Positions 1-9,343 of a stretch of DNA of 28,591 nt are shown here, in pieces. Position 1 is the first letter of the stretch. Each line of letters opens with the position of its first letter. Below the pieces are notes generated by a model. The model saw only the letters and a list, made by a program, of their open reading frames with translations, did no database searches and had not been told where the DNA came from. Made by a program: the position numbers and the translations under genes. Source of the DNA: an archaeon (lineage in GTDB: Archaea > Asgardarchaeota > Thorarchaeia > Thorarchaeales > Thorarchaeaceae); the NCBI GenBank assembly GCA_024275415.1, contig JAJRZD010000086.1, positions 1 through 28,591 of the forward strand, read 5' to 3'.

Positions 1-3000
1 TGGGCGAGCTGGCAACAGGAGTCGAACACGACTAGTGATGAGTGGACGTGGGAAAGCAAGAATTGGCTGTTTGGACCACAGCCAAGTTTTGAGATATACC
101 ATGCAAACGGATCCTTGCTTACACCAGACAGTTACGCTGAGATTGATGAGATCATCAGTTTCGTAGTAACAGTTCCGAAGGATATCCTTCAGGGTGTAGA
201 CATCGGTTCTGTAGGATTCAACGGATGGTATATCAGCGCAAACTGGAACTTTTCAGCTGGGTTCGATTTCAGATTCGAGGATTTTGATTACTCGTTCGAA
301 CCTTGGAGTGCCTATAGCTGGCAGTACAACCAGTCTGATGAAGGTGGCCCTCCACTTCCAAGCTTTGTCGATATCATTCCAGCAAGCTGTTCGAACACAA
401 CCGACGCGAATAACTACTATTTCACGTTCGCTATTCGATTCACATCAGACACACCGCTGGGACTTTATCAACTGAACATGGACATTCAGGACAAGGATGA
501 GAACTGGATAGGTTCCTACAATTATGCATCGGATTGGGACTTCCAAGGCATTGCCGTAGGTATTGTTCCTAGTTTGGCTTGGAAATTCTCCTTCGGGGGA
601 AGTTACACTCTTCAGAAGCTGGATCTAGCTGGTGATATGCTGTACTCGGTAAGCCGAATGACAGATTTTGTCATGCGATTCAATGTGACCGGGGACGATC
701 CTGCGTATGCACTGCTGAGCTTCACTGTTCCCGGTGGAATGGAAGTTCCTGTCAACCGAACTGGTTGGCACACTGAGCTTCAGACCAGCTATGGTGGTTG
801 GGTTTACGATTCCGCCCTCCAGACATACGTCTATGATGCTGCTGTTAAGATAACGAGCCTTGTAGAGGTATACGGCACATACGAAGCCTTCGAGTGGACC
901 GACATGGGGACTTACGAAGAAGTCAATGTCACCGTCCTACATGACTATTGGGATGATATTTCTCAAACATGGGTCCGCGAGTTGGTCAATGAAACCCAAT
1001 GGGTCGAGAAGAAGATGCTCTACATCTACAATATCTCCACCGGCTCATTCGAGCAGTATTATGGATACGAGTACTACGGATACCCGTACGAAACACTCCA
1101 ACCAGATACTTGGAATGAGATGATTATGGTCTTTGAACCCATTCCAACCGACTATCCACTTCTTTACGAACTTAATACAACTGCTTCTCAAGCACAAACT
1201 ATCGGCAATGATCTCGTAATCGACTTTGTCGGTCACTTCACACCTCTTATGCCAAAGACCAAGCAAGACTCATACTTTGCATTTCAAACAAAAGTCATGG
1301 GTCAGGAATTCGAATACTGGCCAGACACCTGGGGTGAGCGCTCGCGACAGACCCATCAAGAGTTCGAGCTTGCACGCCAGATTGTTATCGAGAGTCCTGT
1401 GACCATTGCGAAGATCCTCAACTCTGATGGCACTCAGCCAACCGGCTGGATGTTCCAGGTAGATAGAGGTGAGCAATTCAAGGTCGAGGGTAGGCTCCAA
1501 GGTGGGAGTGACATAGCCGATGATATCGACGGTGTTTCATTCCGGCTCGAAGCATTCGAAAGCTACTGGAGTGAAGACGAATCACGATGGTCAAACCTTC
1601 AATTCGTGGTTGACATCTTAATAAATGGCACTCCAGCTTACAAGGCATACAACATGACCCAGAAATACAACTACACCTACGGAACATATTGGGACTATGT
1701 ACTCCAGAACCAGACCGGATGGCACTACAGCTACAATGAAACCACCAGTTCTTGGGAATGGGTATTTGGTGAATACGAAGAATGGATGTGGGCTGAAGTA
1801 GAGGGCTGGCACTGGCAGGACTGGTACTTCAACCAGCTGACTCAGGAATGGCAAAAGGAGTGGATCGAGTATCGATCTGCTGAAACCGTCGTCCCAGCCA
1901 CCTTTGGTACTGTTACCTCGTTCACAAACTGGACTGATGGAGGTGACTTCTTCGCAAGTTTCTTCTTCACTCCAAGCCTGACAATCCCTGAAACCAACTA
2001 CTGGTGGGACTTTGCATTCATGAACAACACCTGGTATGAGGATTACTCTTCTGGGTGGGGTGAGCATGAAGTCTATGAATGGGGACTCGAATGGGCATAC
2101 AGTTTCGACTATGCACCCACTGGCGATCGCGTCTTCGTCGATGAGATAGAATACAATCAGCTTGCCTATCAATTCGTGAATGGATCCCTGATTTACAAGA
2201 TTGCCAAAGGCGAAGAATCGCCATACATCACTATTGATGGTGATGACTTGCCCATCAAGGTTCGAGAGAACTACGACCCATGGAGTGGTAATACGTGGAC
2301 CAGCATGTTCCTATATGACCATTACGACTCTGCAACTGAGAAAGATGTCTACTTCTACGAACTCACAAATGGAACCAAGATATCCGTCACATACAACGAG
2401 TCCTTTGTGATCTACAATGTGACTACGTTTAGCGGTGACACGTTCCTGACCGCTCAGAACTACCACGAGTATCTGTTCGATGGCGTAGACGAGTATGCGG
2501 TGTGGATGGACATATATGGTGTGATTCATGGCGGGCCTGTTCTGGACTATGCCGTGTACAACCTCAAGAGCTTCACTATTGACAGCCAAGTCACAGGTGA
2601 CAAGAGTGCACCTCAATACGGTTACGTTGTCTATGGTTCAAGCCTGAGCTCCCTGAATATCGTTGATTTCTGGTGGTCCAGTCGTGATAATTCGTACTTC
2701 ATGACTGATATCGATGGCAATCTGATTCAGATGGTCTACAACACGGCAACCGGTGTGAACGAGATATTCATTGACGGTGCATGGCAACCAGCAACGTGGC
2801 CAAGAAACTATTTCGTCTCAGACTACATGGGTTCAGATGGGTACTTCGCTACCTTTGATACAAGCCGGTATTGGTATACTGAAGTTAATGGCATTGCCTA
2901 TGAAATGCCATATCCGGGTGCAAACGCTCAATGGCAATGGGAACTTGATAACACTGTACTAAACGGTGGCAAGGTTCCTACAACAAACTCGCTCATATGG

Positions 3001-5676
3001 AACGGAACTGCCTATCCTGTCATGAACACAACGTCCTACGATTACGTAGTGATTGGCGGAGAAACCATGGAATTGACACAGTCTGTGTATCCATACATCC
3101 GTGCCAATGGGACCGATATCTGGTTCCCACAGAATAATGGATACGCTGGAGCGGTAGGTAGCTACGATGGTGACTTGGTCTTCACCAAGTATGAAACGAT
3201 TCGGTACAATAATGGTACCTCACCAGAACCTGAGGGTGTATTCCCAGATACATACATCACCCTTACCAACGGATCGGTATGGGCAGTTGAAGACTCATAT
3301 GTGTTCACGGTGTACGAGTATGACTTAGGTGGGAAGAGTTTCTTCTCTGCTCAGGATTGGCCCTTCTACAACGAATCGGGAACCGATTGGTGGTACGAGT
3401 ACACAGCTATCAATGGTACAGTGTACAAGTTCTACGACTGGTACCTACCTCCTGTGTTGAGCACAATGGCTGTCAGTACATACTACAATGATACAGGCCC
3501 ACAAGGTCCTGGTGACTACTTCGACTTTGATGGACAAACCTATCTGTTCGACTACATGGGGCGATGGATCCAGACCTACAGAATCTTGAATTCCACACAA
3601 TCCCTATATGGCGATGTGTTCCTCAACTGGGATTCGGTCAAGGAAGCCTTCAAGTTCGACTACAGAGGTGAGCTTGTCGATGCTACCGCCAAATTGGAGT
3701 TCGTGAAGCGTACTCGGTTCAGGTGGGGCTTTGATCTAGTCTATGGCCTACAACCGATTGATAGTACCGTCTACAAGAACTTCTTTGATCTTGTGATTGG
3801 CACTCCTCAATGGGGCATGTGGGGCATAAAGAACTGGGCAATCAATGAAGACAATGGTGCTCTCGACCTTGACGGCGACCTTGATACTACGGACGACCAG
3901 TACTTCATCCAAGAGGAATACAGCTCCAAGGATAGCTGGACACACGAGTTCAACAAGATGTGGGTCAATGTCATGTGGGATCCTAACACCACACAATATG
4001 GCGATGACATGAACATCTGGTCATGGATGGGTGTTGACACCTTCACATGGTCATACGAGTGGAACCAGACCTTCTATTGGTATCATGCAAGCAACTTCTC
4101 ACAGCTCACATCTGCTCAGATGCAAGATGTGCAGGATATGCTGATATCACCCTCGGGTGAGCCGATGCCCGGGTACTGGGACATCGCATGGATGGCCAAG
4201 AATGTCACTTGGCAAGACATCGTTGCAGAAGCCATTGCCAATGGATGGGACTGGCTGACCTCTAACGAGCAGACTTGGACTTGGTTGAGCTTTGGCATCA
4301 GTCAGGACTATGGTACGAGCTATGTCGATAATGATGTAGAACACTGGCTCAGCATAGGATTGCGCTATGAGTTCAGTGGACTAATGGTCTGGGAGGACGA
4401 GAATGAGGACGGTCTCATGCAGGTCGACCTTACCAATCCTGGATCAGCCGAACTTACACATTACCTCATACCAGACTCGATTAGTTCAATTGACTTTGTC
4501 ACTCCTGGTGCGGCATATGGTGATTTCAACACCTCTGGAAGTATCGTTCGCGGTATTGAGGACGAGATCACTTGGGGCGTCACCTTCTACGATGTCAATG
4601 GGACTGTGTATCCGTTCACGACTTACGGGTACTGGGGTTGGTACGATAGTGTGTTCACGGGTTCTGACCTACGGACATTCGATGAGCGTCCGACGGACAT
4701 CTCCATTGATGAGCTATCATTCCTAGTCCACTTCCAAGGCTACCTCAATACAACGGAAGGCGCAGTGAACAACTACGCAGAGATCAAGGTTGACAACTAC
4801 GTCGGCAACTGGGACGTTGACATGACCGGTGGCCGTAGCAATCTGGAGAACAGATCGCTAGCTCTCAACTACTTGGCGGACGTTTCACTCAGTGATTTCG
4901 CATTCAAGGCGAACGGTAGTTTTGCCGATGGCGAGTCCACAGTGGGTGCAGATGTCTTCGAGTTAGAGACCGCAGGTGCTCAGTTCGCTGAGATGATCAT
5001 GGGTGGTGTCACCTACGATTGGGGCAAGAACATGACCGCACCTTACGATGTGGTCAGCATGACAACTCCTATGGGAACATTCCGACAAGCCTTCGAGTCC
5101 GAGAGCGGTCAGAGTGCGGTCGGGTGGTCATCCAGCTCAAGCATGTACTATGTCACCATTGGCTTCCCACAGTGGGAAGGCTACAGTGTCATGCAGGATC
5201 CAGTCTTTGTCAGCTACACTTCTAGCAGCGGGACATCAGCTCCTATCGGCACAGTGACTTTCGGAGCTTTCTCCATCTCACCAACAGTACCACAGGACAA
5301 CGAGCCCGTGACGGTCAGTGTTGATATATTCTCACAGGAGCCAATCGGAGAAGTCATCCTTGAGTACTCTACTGACTTGGTGAACTGGCAACAGACCGCC
5401 ATGACGAACACTGGTGGCAACACCTACTCTGGCGAGATTCCAGGCTACCCTGATGGGACAATCGTGTACTTCAGAGTGCTGGTTGAGACCGATGGTCTAT
5501 GGACTACCTCTCAAGTAGGATCGTATCAGGTGGGTGTTGGACTAGTCACCACTACCACGACACCTACTGGTCCGCCTGACGGTGGCGAAGGAATTCCAGT
5601 CGAACTCCTAGTCATGGTCGCTGGAGTCGCCGTGGTCATTGTAATAGTGCTCGTCCTTGTTAAGAAGCGACGCTAA
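1..5676 (+). CDS. Giant membrane-anchored cell-surface glycoprotein (S-layer/adhesin-like), 5'-truncated, at least 1,891 aa
   Basis: Frame 1 is open from base 1 (WASWQQESNTTSDEWTWESKNWLFGPQPSFEIYHANGSLLTPD), so the track's TTG at 115 is not the true start. Rich in W/Y/D/T/N, with about 39 N-x-S/T sequons by my count. The C-terminus has an Ig-like beta domain, a TTTTTPTGPP linker, a hydrophobic helix (LLVMVAGVAVVIVIVLVLV) and a KKRR stop-transfer tail. Confidence 0.8.
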   Translation, partial: WASWQQESNTTSDEWTWESKNWLFGPQPSFEIYHANGSLLTPDSYAEIDEIISFVVTVPKDILQGVDIGSVGFNGWYISANWNFSAGFDFRFEDFDYSFEPWSAYSWQYNQSDEGGPPLPSFVDIIPASCSNTTDANNYYFTFAIRFTSDTPLGLYQLNMDIQDKDENWIGSYNYASDWDFQGIAVGIVPSLAWKFSFGGSYTLQKLDLAGDMLYSVSRMTDFVMRFNVTGDDPAYALLSFTVPGGMEVPVNRTGWHTELQTSYGGWVYDSALQTYVYDAAVKITSLVEVYGTYEAFEWTDMGTYEEVNVTVLHDYWDDISQTWVRELVNETQWVEKKMLYIYNISTGSFEQYYGYEYYGYPYETLQPDTWNEMIMVFEPIPTDYPLLYELNTTASQAQTIGNDLVIDFVGHFTPLMPKTKQDSYFAFQTKVMGQEFEYWPDTWGERSRQTHQEFELARQIVIESPVTIAKILNSDGTQPTGWMFQVDRGEQFKVEGRLQGGSDIADDIDGVSFRLEAFESYWSEDESRWSNLQFVVDILINGTPAYKAYNMTQKYNYTYGTYWDYVLQNQTGWHYSYNETTSSWEWVFGEYEEWMWAEVEGWHWQDWYFNQLTQEWQKEWIEYRSAETVVPATFGTVTSFTNWTDGGDFFASFFFTPSLTIPETNYWWDFAFMNNTWYEDYSSGWGEHEVYEWGLEWAYSFDYAPTGDRVFVDEIEYNQLAYQFVNGSLIYKIAKGEESPYITIDGDDLPIKVRENYDPWSGNTWTSMFLYDHYDSATEKDVYFYELTNGTKISVTYNESFVIYNVTTFSGDTFLTAQNYHEYLFDGVDEYAVWMDIYGVIHGGPVLDYAVYNLKSFTIDSQVTGDKSAPQYGYVVYGSSLSSLNIVDFWWSSRDNSYFMTDIDGNLIQMVYNTATGVNEIFIDGAWQPATWPRNYFVSDYMGSDGYFATFDTSRYWYTEVNGIAYEMPYPGANAQWQWELDNTVLNGGKVPTTNSLIWNGTAYPVMNTTSYDYVVIGGETMELTQSVYPYIRANGTDIWFPQNNGYAGAVGSYDGDLVFTKYETIRYNNGTSPEPEGVFPDTYITLTNGSVWAVEDSYVFTVYEYDLGGKSFFSAQDWPFYNESGTDWWYEYTAINGTVYKFYDWYLPPVLSTMAVSTYYNDTGPQGPGDYFDFDGQTYLFDYMGRWIQTYRILNSTQSLYGDVFLNWDSVKEAFKFDYRGELVDATAKLEFVKRTRFRWGFDLVYGLQPIDSTVYKNFFDLVIGTPQWGMWGIKNWAINEDNGALDLDGDLDTTDDQYFIQEEYSSKDSWTHEFNKMWVNVMWDPNTTQYGDDMNIWSWMGVDTFTWSYEWNQTFYWYHASNFSQLTSAQMQDVQDMLISPSGEPMPGYWDIAWMAKNVTWQDIVAEAIANGWDWLTSNEQTWTWLSFGISQDYGTSYVDNDVEHWLSIGLRYEFSGLMVWEDENEDGLMQVDLTNPGSAELTHYLIPDSISSIDFVTPGAAYGDFNTSGSIVRGIEDEITWGVTFYDVNGTVYPFTTYGYWGWYDSVFTGSDLRTFDERPTDISIDELSFLVHFQGYLNTTEGAVNNYAEIKVDNYVGNWDVDMTGGRSNLENRSLALNYLADVSLSDFAFKANGSFADGESTVGADVFELETAGAQFAEMIMGGVTYDWGKNMTAPYDVVSMTTPMGTFRQAFESESGQSAVGWSSSSSMYYVTIGFPQWEGYSVMQDPVFVSYTSSSGTSAPIGTVTFGAFSISPTVPQDNEPVTVSVDIFSQEPIGEVILEYSTDLVNWQQTAMTNTGGNTYSGEIPGYPDGTIVYFRVLVETDGLWTTSQVGSYQVGVGLVTTTTTPTGPPDGGEGIPVELLVMVAGVAVVIVIVLVLVKKRR

Positions 5677-5683
5677 AGTTCAG

Positions 5684-5719
5684 GGAGGGATTCATTCCCT
5701 CCTACTCCCCTCTTTTTTT
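5684..5719 (+). terminator. Hairpin plus T-tract terminator after the surface protein gene
   Basis: GGAGGGA(5684-5690)-TTCAT-TCCCTCC(5696-5702) is a perfect 7-bp stem. It is followed by a pyrimidine run and T7 (5713-5719), just after the stop at 5676. Confidence 0.7.
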
Positions 5720-5745
5720 CAAAACTAGTTTCTGACAATAACAGC

Positions 5746-6150
5746 CTACTCTTTGGCAACGAGCGGTTTCATTTTCGAGTGAAAGAATTTTAGTCCTGAG
5801 ATATGTGCCTGATAGATACTGCTGAATGCATCATAGGAGATTCCTATCACGGGGATAGCATTTCGCAAGATGATGAAACTCTTCTTGTCAAGTCCATAGG
5901 ATATCTCAGCGAACTTCGCGTTTGCTTTCAGGAGATGCTCATACACGTTCCGCTTTTCCTTTGCCGTGTACCCTTCAAGTTTCATTAGTCGTGTGGTGAG
6001 TGTGATCCAATTCTCTCCGGGGAACACCTCTATCTCCTCGGTTTCAGGTGGTCCGTATGGAAGCAAACAGAATGTCTTCCTTCCTTTCTCTTCGAAATTG
6101 ATTTCCAATCTCTTCAGGTATTCTTTGGTGATGTACCATGTGGTACTCAT
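5746..6150 (-). CDS. YbjN/CesT-like chaperone-fold protein
   Basis: 134 aa with an alpha-beta3-alpha-beta2-alpha pattern. LLKANAKFAEISYGLDKKSFIIL resembles the YbjN-family 'LLxxNxxxxxxKFxLDxxGxIxL' segment. Family call is from memory. Confidence 0.55.
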   Translation of the reverse strand: MSTTWYITKEYLKRLEINFEEKGRKTFCLLPYGPPETEEIEVFPGENWITLTTRLMKLEGYTAKEKRNVYEHLLKANAKFAEISYGLDKKSFIILRNAIPVIGISYDAFSSIYQAHISGLKFFHSKMKPLVAKE

Positions 6151-6482
6151 CGTTCAGTATGACTCCTCTGCTCGGCTGTAGACCAATTACCAAAAAGGCC
6201 TATCTCTCTCTGTAGAATATATGGAACAATCTGGTAAAAGTCTTCGCCTTCCCTAGATTTAGATTTGCATCAAGCTCGGAAGTACTCTAGAATACGATTT
6301 CAGTGATATTCTATCTGGAATCCAGAACAATGTTTGGTTCCCCAGTCATGTTGTCATCAATCATTGATCAGCATATCTTTGACCATTTCCCTGTAACAGA
6401 TATACACACTCCATTCGAGGACATTTGAAAATTAGATTCAGATGATTGGATCCACCACATGACCTTTTCGAGTCTACGGCTG

Positions 6483-7364
6483 TCATCTATCCTCGTGGAT
6501 GTCTAGAACCTCACTCTTCTCTTGATATTTGCTCAGTAGAATAACCCCGATGACCCCAAAAGACAGACCAATGACATAGATTGGTGTATTCATCATGGTC
6601 TGGCCATATATCAGCATCCCACCAAAGATGACTGCAAACATGCTAACTGTACCGACTATTGCGTTGAACCTAGCTGCCGGGTTTTTCTGAAGTCCAATTG
6701 AAACCGCATAGACTCCCGCTGCGAATGTAAAGACTCCCATAAGAATGAGCGGAATGAAGCCCGTGATGATTCCTTGGAATAGATTCTCCTCACCAAAGAT
6801 CGAGAGTGTGAACCATTGTGTGAATATAGATGCAAGTGCTTGCAGGAACGATGTGATTGGAGCCCAAAGGATTGGTAGTTTCTTGGATGCGGCAATCATG
6901 ACTCCGATCCCAACCAAAAGTATCGTGCAATAGATGGTGATGACTGAATATTCGCTAAACAGGACCGGTCTTGTCACGTTTCCAAAAGCAATGAACACTG
7001 GTGTGAGTATCAATAATCCGATTCCTATGACCGCCTGAATATCAATTGACTCTCCCAATCTCCGAGATGAAATGATGACAAGGGCGATAAGACCCACGTT
7101 CATGAGGGGTTGCACAATTACAATTCCCGCTAACTGTGTGGCGACAAGATAGGTCAGTCCTCCGAGGAGTGACATAACAAAGCCTGTGGACCACTTCTTG
7201 TTCGTGAAGAGACGCCGTGTGTGACTTGTGGCACTTGCAGCATCTATCTTCTCCATTCCTTCTAGAGCCTCTTTTTGAATTGCAGGTGCGATATTCCAAA
7301 ACAGGGAAGTGACGACTGCAAGTAGCAGTCCTAAAAGAACACCTGTTAAAATCAGTTGGAGCAT
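6483..7364 (-). CDS. DMT-superfamily membrane transporter (NIPA/Mg2+-transporter-like)
   Basis: 293 aa with about 9 hydrophobic helices in two repeats. Motifs AIQKEAL, NKKWSTGF and LAGIVIVQPLMNVGL are typical of NIPA-like DMT proteins. Confidence 0.7.
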   Translation of the reverse strand: MLQLILTGVLLGLLLAVVTSLFWNIAPAIQKEALEGMEKIDAASATSHTRRLFTNKKWSTGFVMSLLGGLTYLVATQLAGIVIVQPLMNVGLIALVIISSRRLGESIDIQAVIGIGLLILTPVFIAFGNVTRPVLFSEYSVITIYCTILLVGIGVMIAASKKLPILWAPITSFLQALASIFTQWFTLSIFGEENLFQGIITGFIPLILMGVFTFAAGVYAVSIGLQKNPAARFNAIVGTVSMFAVIFGGMLIYGQTMMNTPIYVIGLSFGVIGVILLSKYQEKSEVLDIHEDR

Positions 7365-7559
7365 TGGAGTTCTTGTGCGTGGACATAGCTCGGTTAATAA
7401 GCTGCTCTATCTGACTACCACTTGCGATCTTATTGGGACTAGGGGAATATGCAACATCCTGTACCACTGATCCTAAGAGTGCTATATTCCCACTAGTTCA
7501 ATCGTTCCAGAGGACTGTATCCTTATATTCAGATACTTCTCTCAATTCGTTATAGGATG

Positions 7560-8960
7560 TTAAGAGTCCCAATTCAAGAGTCTTTGTTCACCCTCAAGAC
7601 TTCGAATCTCAGTCACATCCTGTGAAACCTCCAAGGTTCCCATGAATTCTCCCTTGTCATCCCGTACTGCATAGTAGCCAATGACAATGAATCGACCACC
7701 TATTTGGATCCAGAACATTGCCTTGTCCTGTGTTCCCTCCCTGAATGCATCCATGATTGCTTTGACCTTGTCATAGCTCTTTTGCGGATGGCAATTGATG
7801 ACGCTTCTTCCGATGACCCCCGGACTACGTGGGAATACACGATCATCTGTCGCAGAGTAGTAGACGACCTTTTCATGAGCGTCCACGAATGAGATGTCAA
7901 TAGGCAGGTGCCTGAGAATCAGGTCGATTTCCTTCAGGGTCAGGTTTCCTGTGTTCAACTTGATCTTGGGTGATTCAGGTGCCTGGTCTGCTTGATGGAT
8001 GTCAATTGGAGTTATTGGCTCCCACTTGTTTCCTGGAGTCACCCAAGCATACCCGATCTCCTCTTCCCCTATCCTGACTCTTGCCCAATCGTATTCGGAT
8101 AACGTTTCTAGGGCCATTGGATAGAGTATGTTCTCCTCCTTGTATATCATATCCTCAATGGCCGCAAGCACCTTGTCGAGGCTCGATTCGCCGGCATCGT
8201 TCAGCATGTCCTTGATCTCATCTTGTTTTGCCCACATGACAGTAGAGGGACCTGTGATGCCCGCTTTTTCAAGGACTGGGAACAGCTGGTTCTGTAGTCG
8301 CTGGTAGTGTATCACTATCTTCTTCAACTCATCAAGGGTATCTGAATCACTGGGATTCTCTTTTAGGATCCCTACCAGTCGCCTTGCCTCGTTGTTCTCG
8401 CTCATGTAGGTGTTCACAGGGTGACCCGGAATGGACTCTGGCTTCTCTTGGACATCAAGAGACTCTTTGAACACCTGAATATGCAGGTCGCATAGTGCCG
8501 TCACCTGTTGAGCAGTAAGTTCTCCGGATGAGATTAGTGACTGCTCCATCTCTGCTATCTCCGTTGCGCTCACATCACCTAGTATCTCTTTGAACTCCTC
8601 TTGCAAAGGCTCTAGATCCTGACCTGCATGCAATTTTAGAACAAGCTCTTTTAGCTTCACTTGTCGCTTCTGAAGTTCCTCCTGCCATTCGCCTTTCTCT
8701 TGATCTTCTTTGTCAATGATCACATTTTCGTTCGCGTTCTTTGATATAGATTCAGAAAGTAGGACAAACAGACGGTTCAGGGGCACTTTCGAAATTTTGG
8801 ATACGTCTGTCAGTGTTGCTCTCTTGCCAATCGTCTTTTGCAGAATCGGGTTCTTCAATCGTTTCAATTTTGGTGAGATATCAACAAGCGTATCGAATAG
8901 GAAAGGGAATTTCTTCGCAAGATCCAATATCTTTGTGGACGCTTTCAGTGTGACAGTCAT
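7560..8960 (-). CDS. DUF438 domain protein (DUF1858 - DUF438 - hemerythrin-like - PAS_10)
   Basis: N-terminal DUF1858-like segment (LKNPILQKTIGKRATL); DUF438 segment (LKELVLKLHAG...SATEIAEMEQSLI...LCDLHIQVFK); hemerythrin-like segment (GHPVNTY...HY..LFPVLEKAGITGPSTVMW...MIYKEENILYP); C-terminal PAS (LPIDISFVD...FPRSPGVIGRSVINCHP). Confidence 0.88.
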   Translation of the reverse strand: MTVTLKASTKILDLAKKFPFLFDTLVDISPKLKRLKNPILQKTIGKRATLTDVSKISKVPLNRLFVLLSESISKNANENVIIDKEDQEKGEWQEELQKRQVKLKELVLKLHAGQDLEPLQEEFKEILGDVSATEIAEMEQSLISSGELTAQQVTALCDLHIQVFKESLDVQEKPESIPGHPVNTYMSENNEARRLVGILKENPSDSDTLDELKKIVIHYQRLQNQLFPVLEKAGITGPSTVMWAKQDEIKDMLNDAGESSLDKVLAAIEDMIYKEENILYPMALETLSEYDWARVRIGEEEIGYAWVTPGNKWEPITPIDIHQADQAPESPKIKLNTGNLTLKEIDLILRHLPIDISFVDAHEKVVYYSATDDRVFPRSPGVIGRSVINCHPQKSYDKVKAIMDAFREGTQDKAMFWIQIGGRFIVIGYYAVRDDKGEFMGTLEVSQDVTEIRSLEGEQRLLNWDS

Positions 8961-8989
8961 GTTAGACCCTCTGCAACTAATAACTTAGC

Positions 8990-9007
8990 GATAGTTAATA
9001 AACTATC
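8990..9007 (-). promoter_or_regulatory. Palindromic operator enclosing the TATA box of the DUF438 gene
   Basis: GATAGTT-AATA-AACTATC is a perfect 7-bp inverted repeat. On the minus strand it contains TTTATTAA and lies about 30 bp upstream of the ATG at 8960. Confidence 0.55.
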
Positions 9008-9293
9008 CGGTGAATTCACGCTCGGAAATAGGTTATCAGTATCTGCTTTGATGTACTGTATGGTCGTACGACTGAATGTGGAGATTTTATATATCACGAA
9101 GCTAATCGCTAATGAAACTTGCAACATGCCTGTTGAGGATGGTTACAATGAATTTCGATCAAGCAATTGTAGACTCTTGTGGGTCTATGGTGATCACCAT
9201 TCTTCCACAATCCATGTTTCCTTGCGGACTCGGACAAAAAATAACTGACCGTTGTCGGCATTTCATATTCAAACCACGTGAAGTACGTTAGCA

Positions 9294-9327
9294 TATAATA
9301 TTTAAGTATAATATTTAATAATATAAT
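9294..9327 (+). repeat. AT-only 12-bp direct repeat upstream of the Rab-like gene (probable promoter region)
   Basis: TATAATATTTAA occurs at 9294-9305 and 9307-9318, followed by a partial TAATATAAT at 9319-9327. An RBS-like GGGAGAGG precedes the GTG at 9344. Confidence 0.6.
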
Positions 9328-9343
9328 CGTATGGGAGAGGTCT

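Noticed and set aside
115-117. TTG start for the large surface protein as given in the ORF track
   Set aside because: The frame is open back to base 1 with similar Trp-rich sequence and no signal peptide, so the gene begins upstream of the window.
6151-6482. Possible small gene or ncRNA in the 330-bp gap
   Set aside because: The minus-strand frames I read give only short ORFs (about 30 aa or less) without motifs, and I saw no tRNA-like or strong hairpin structure.
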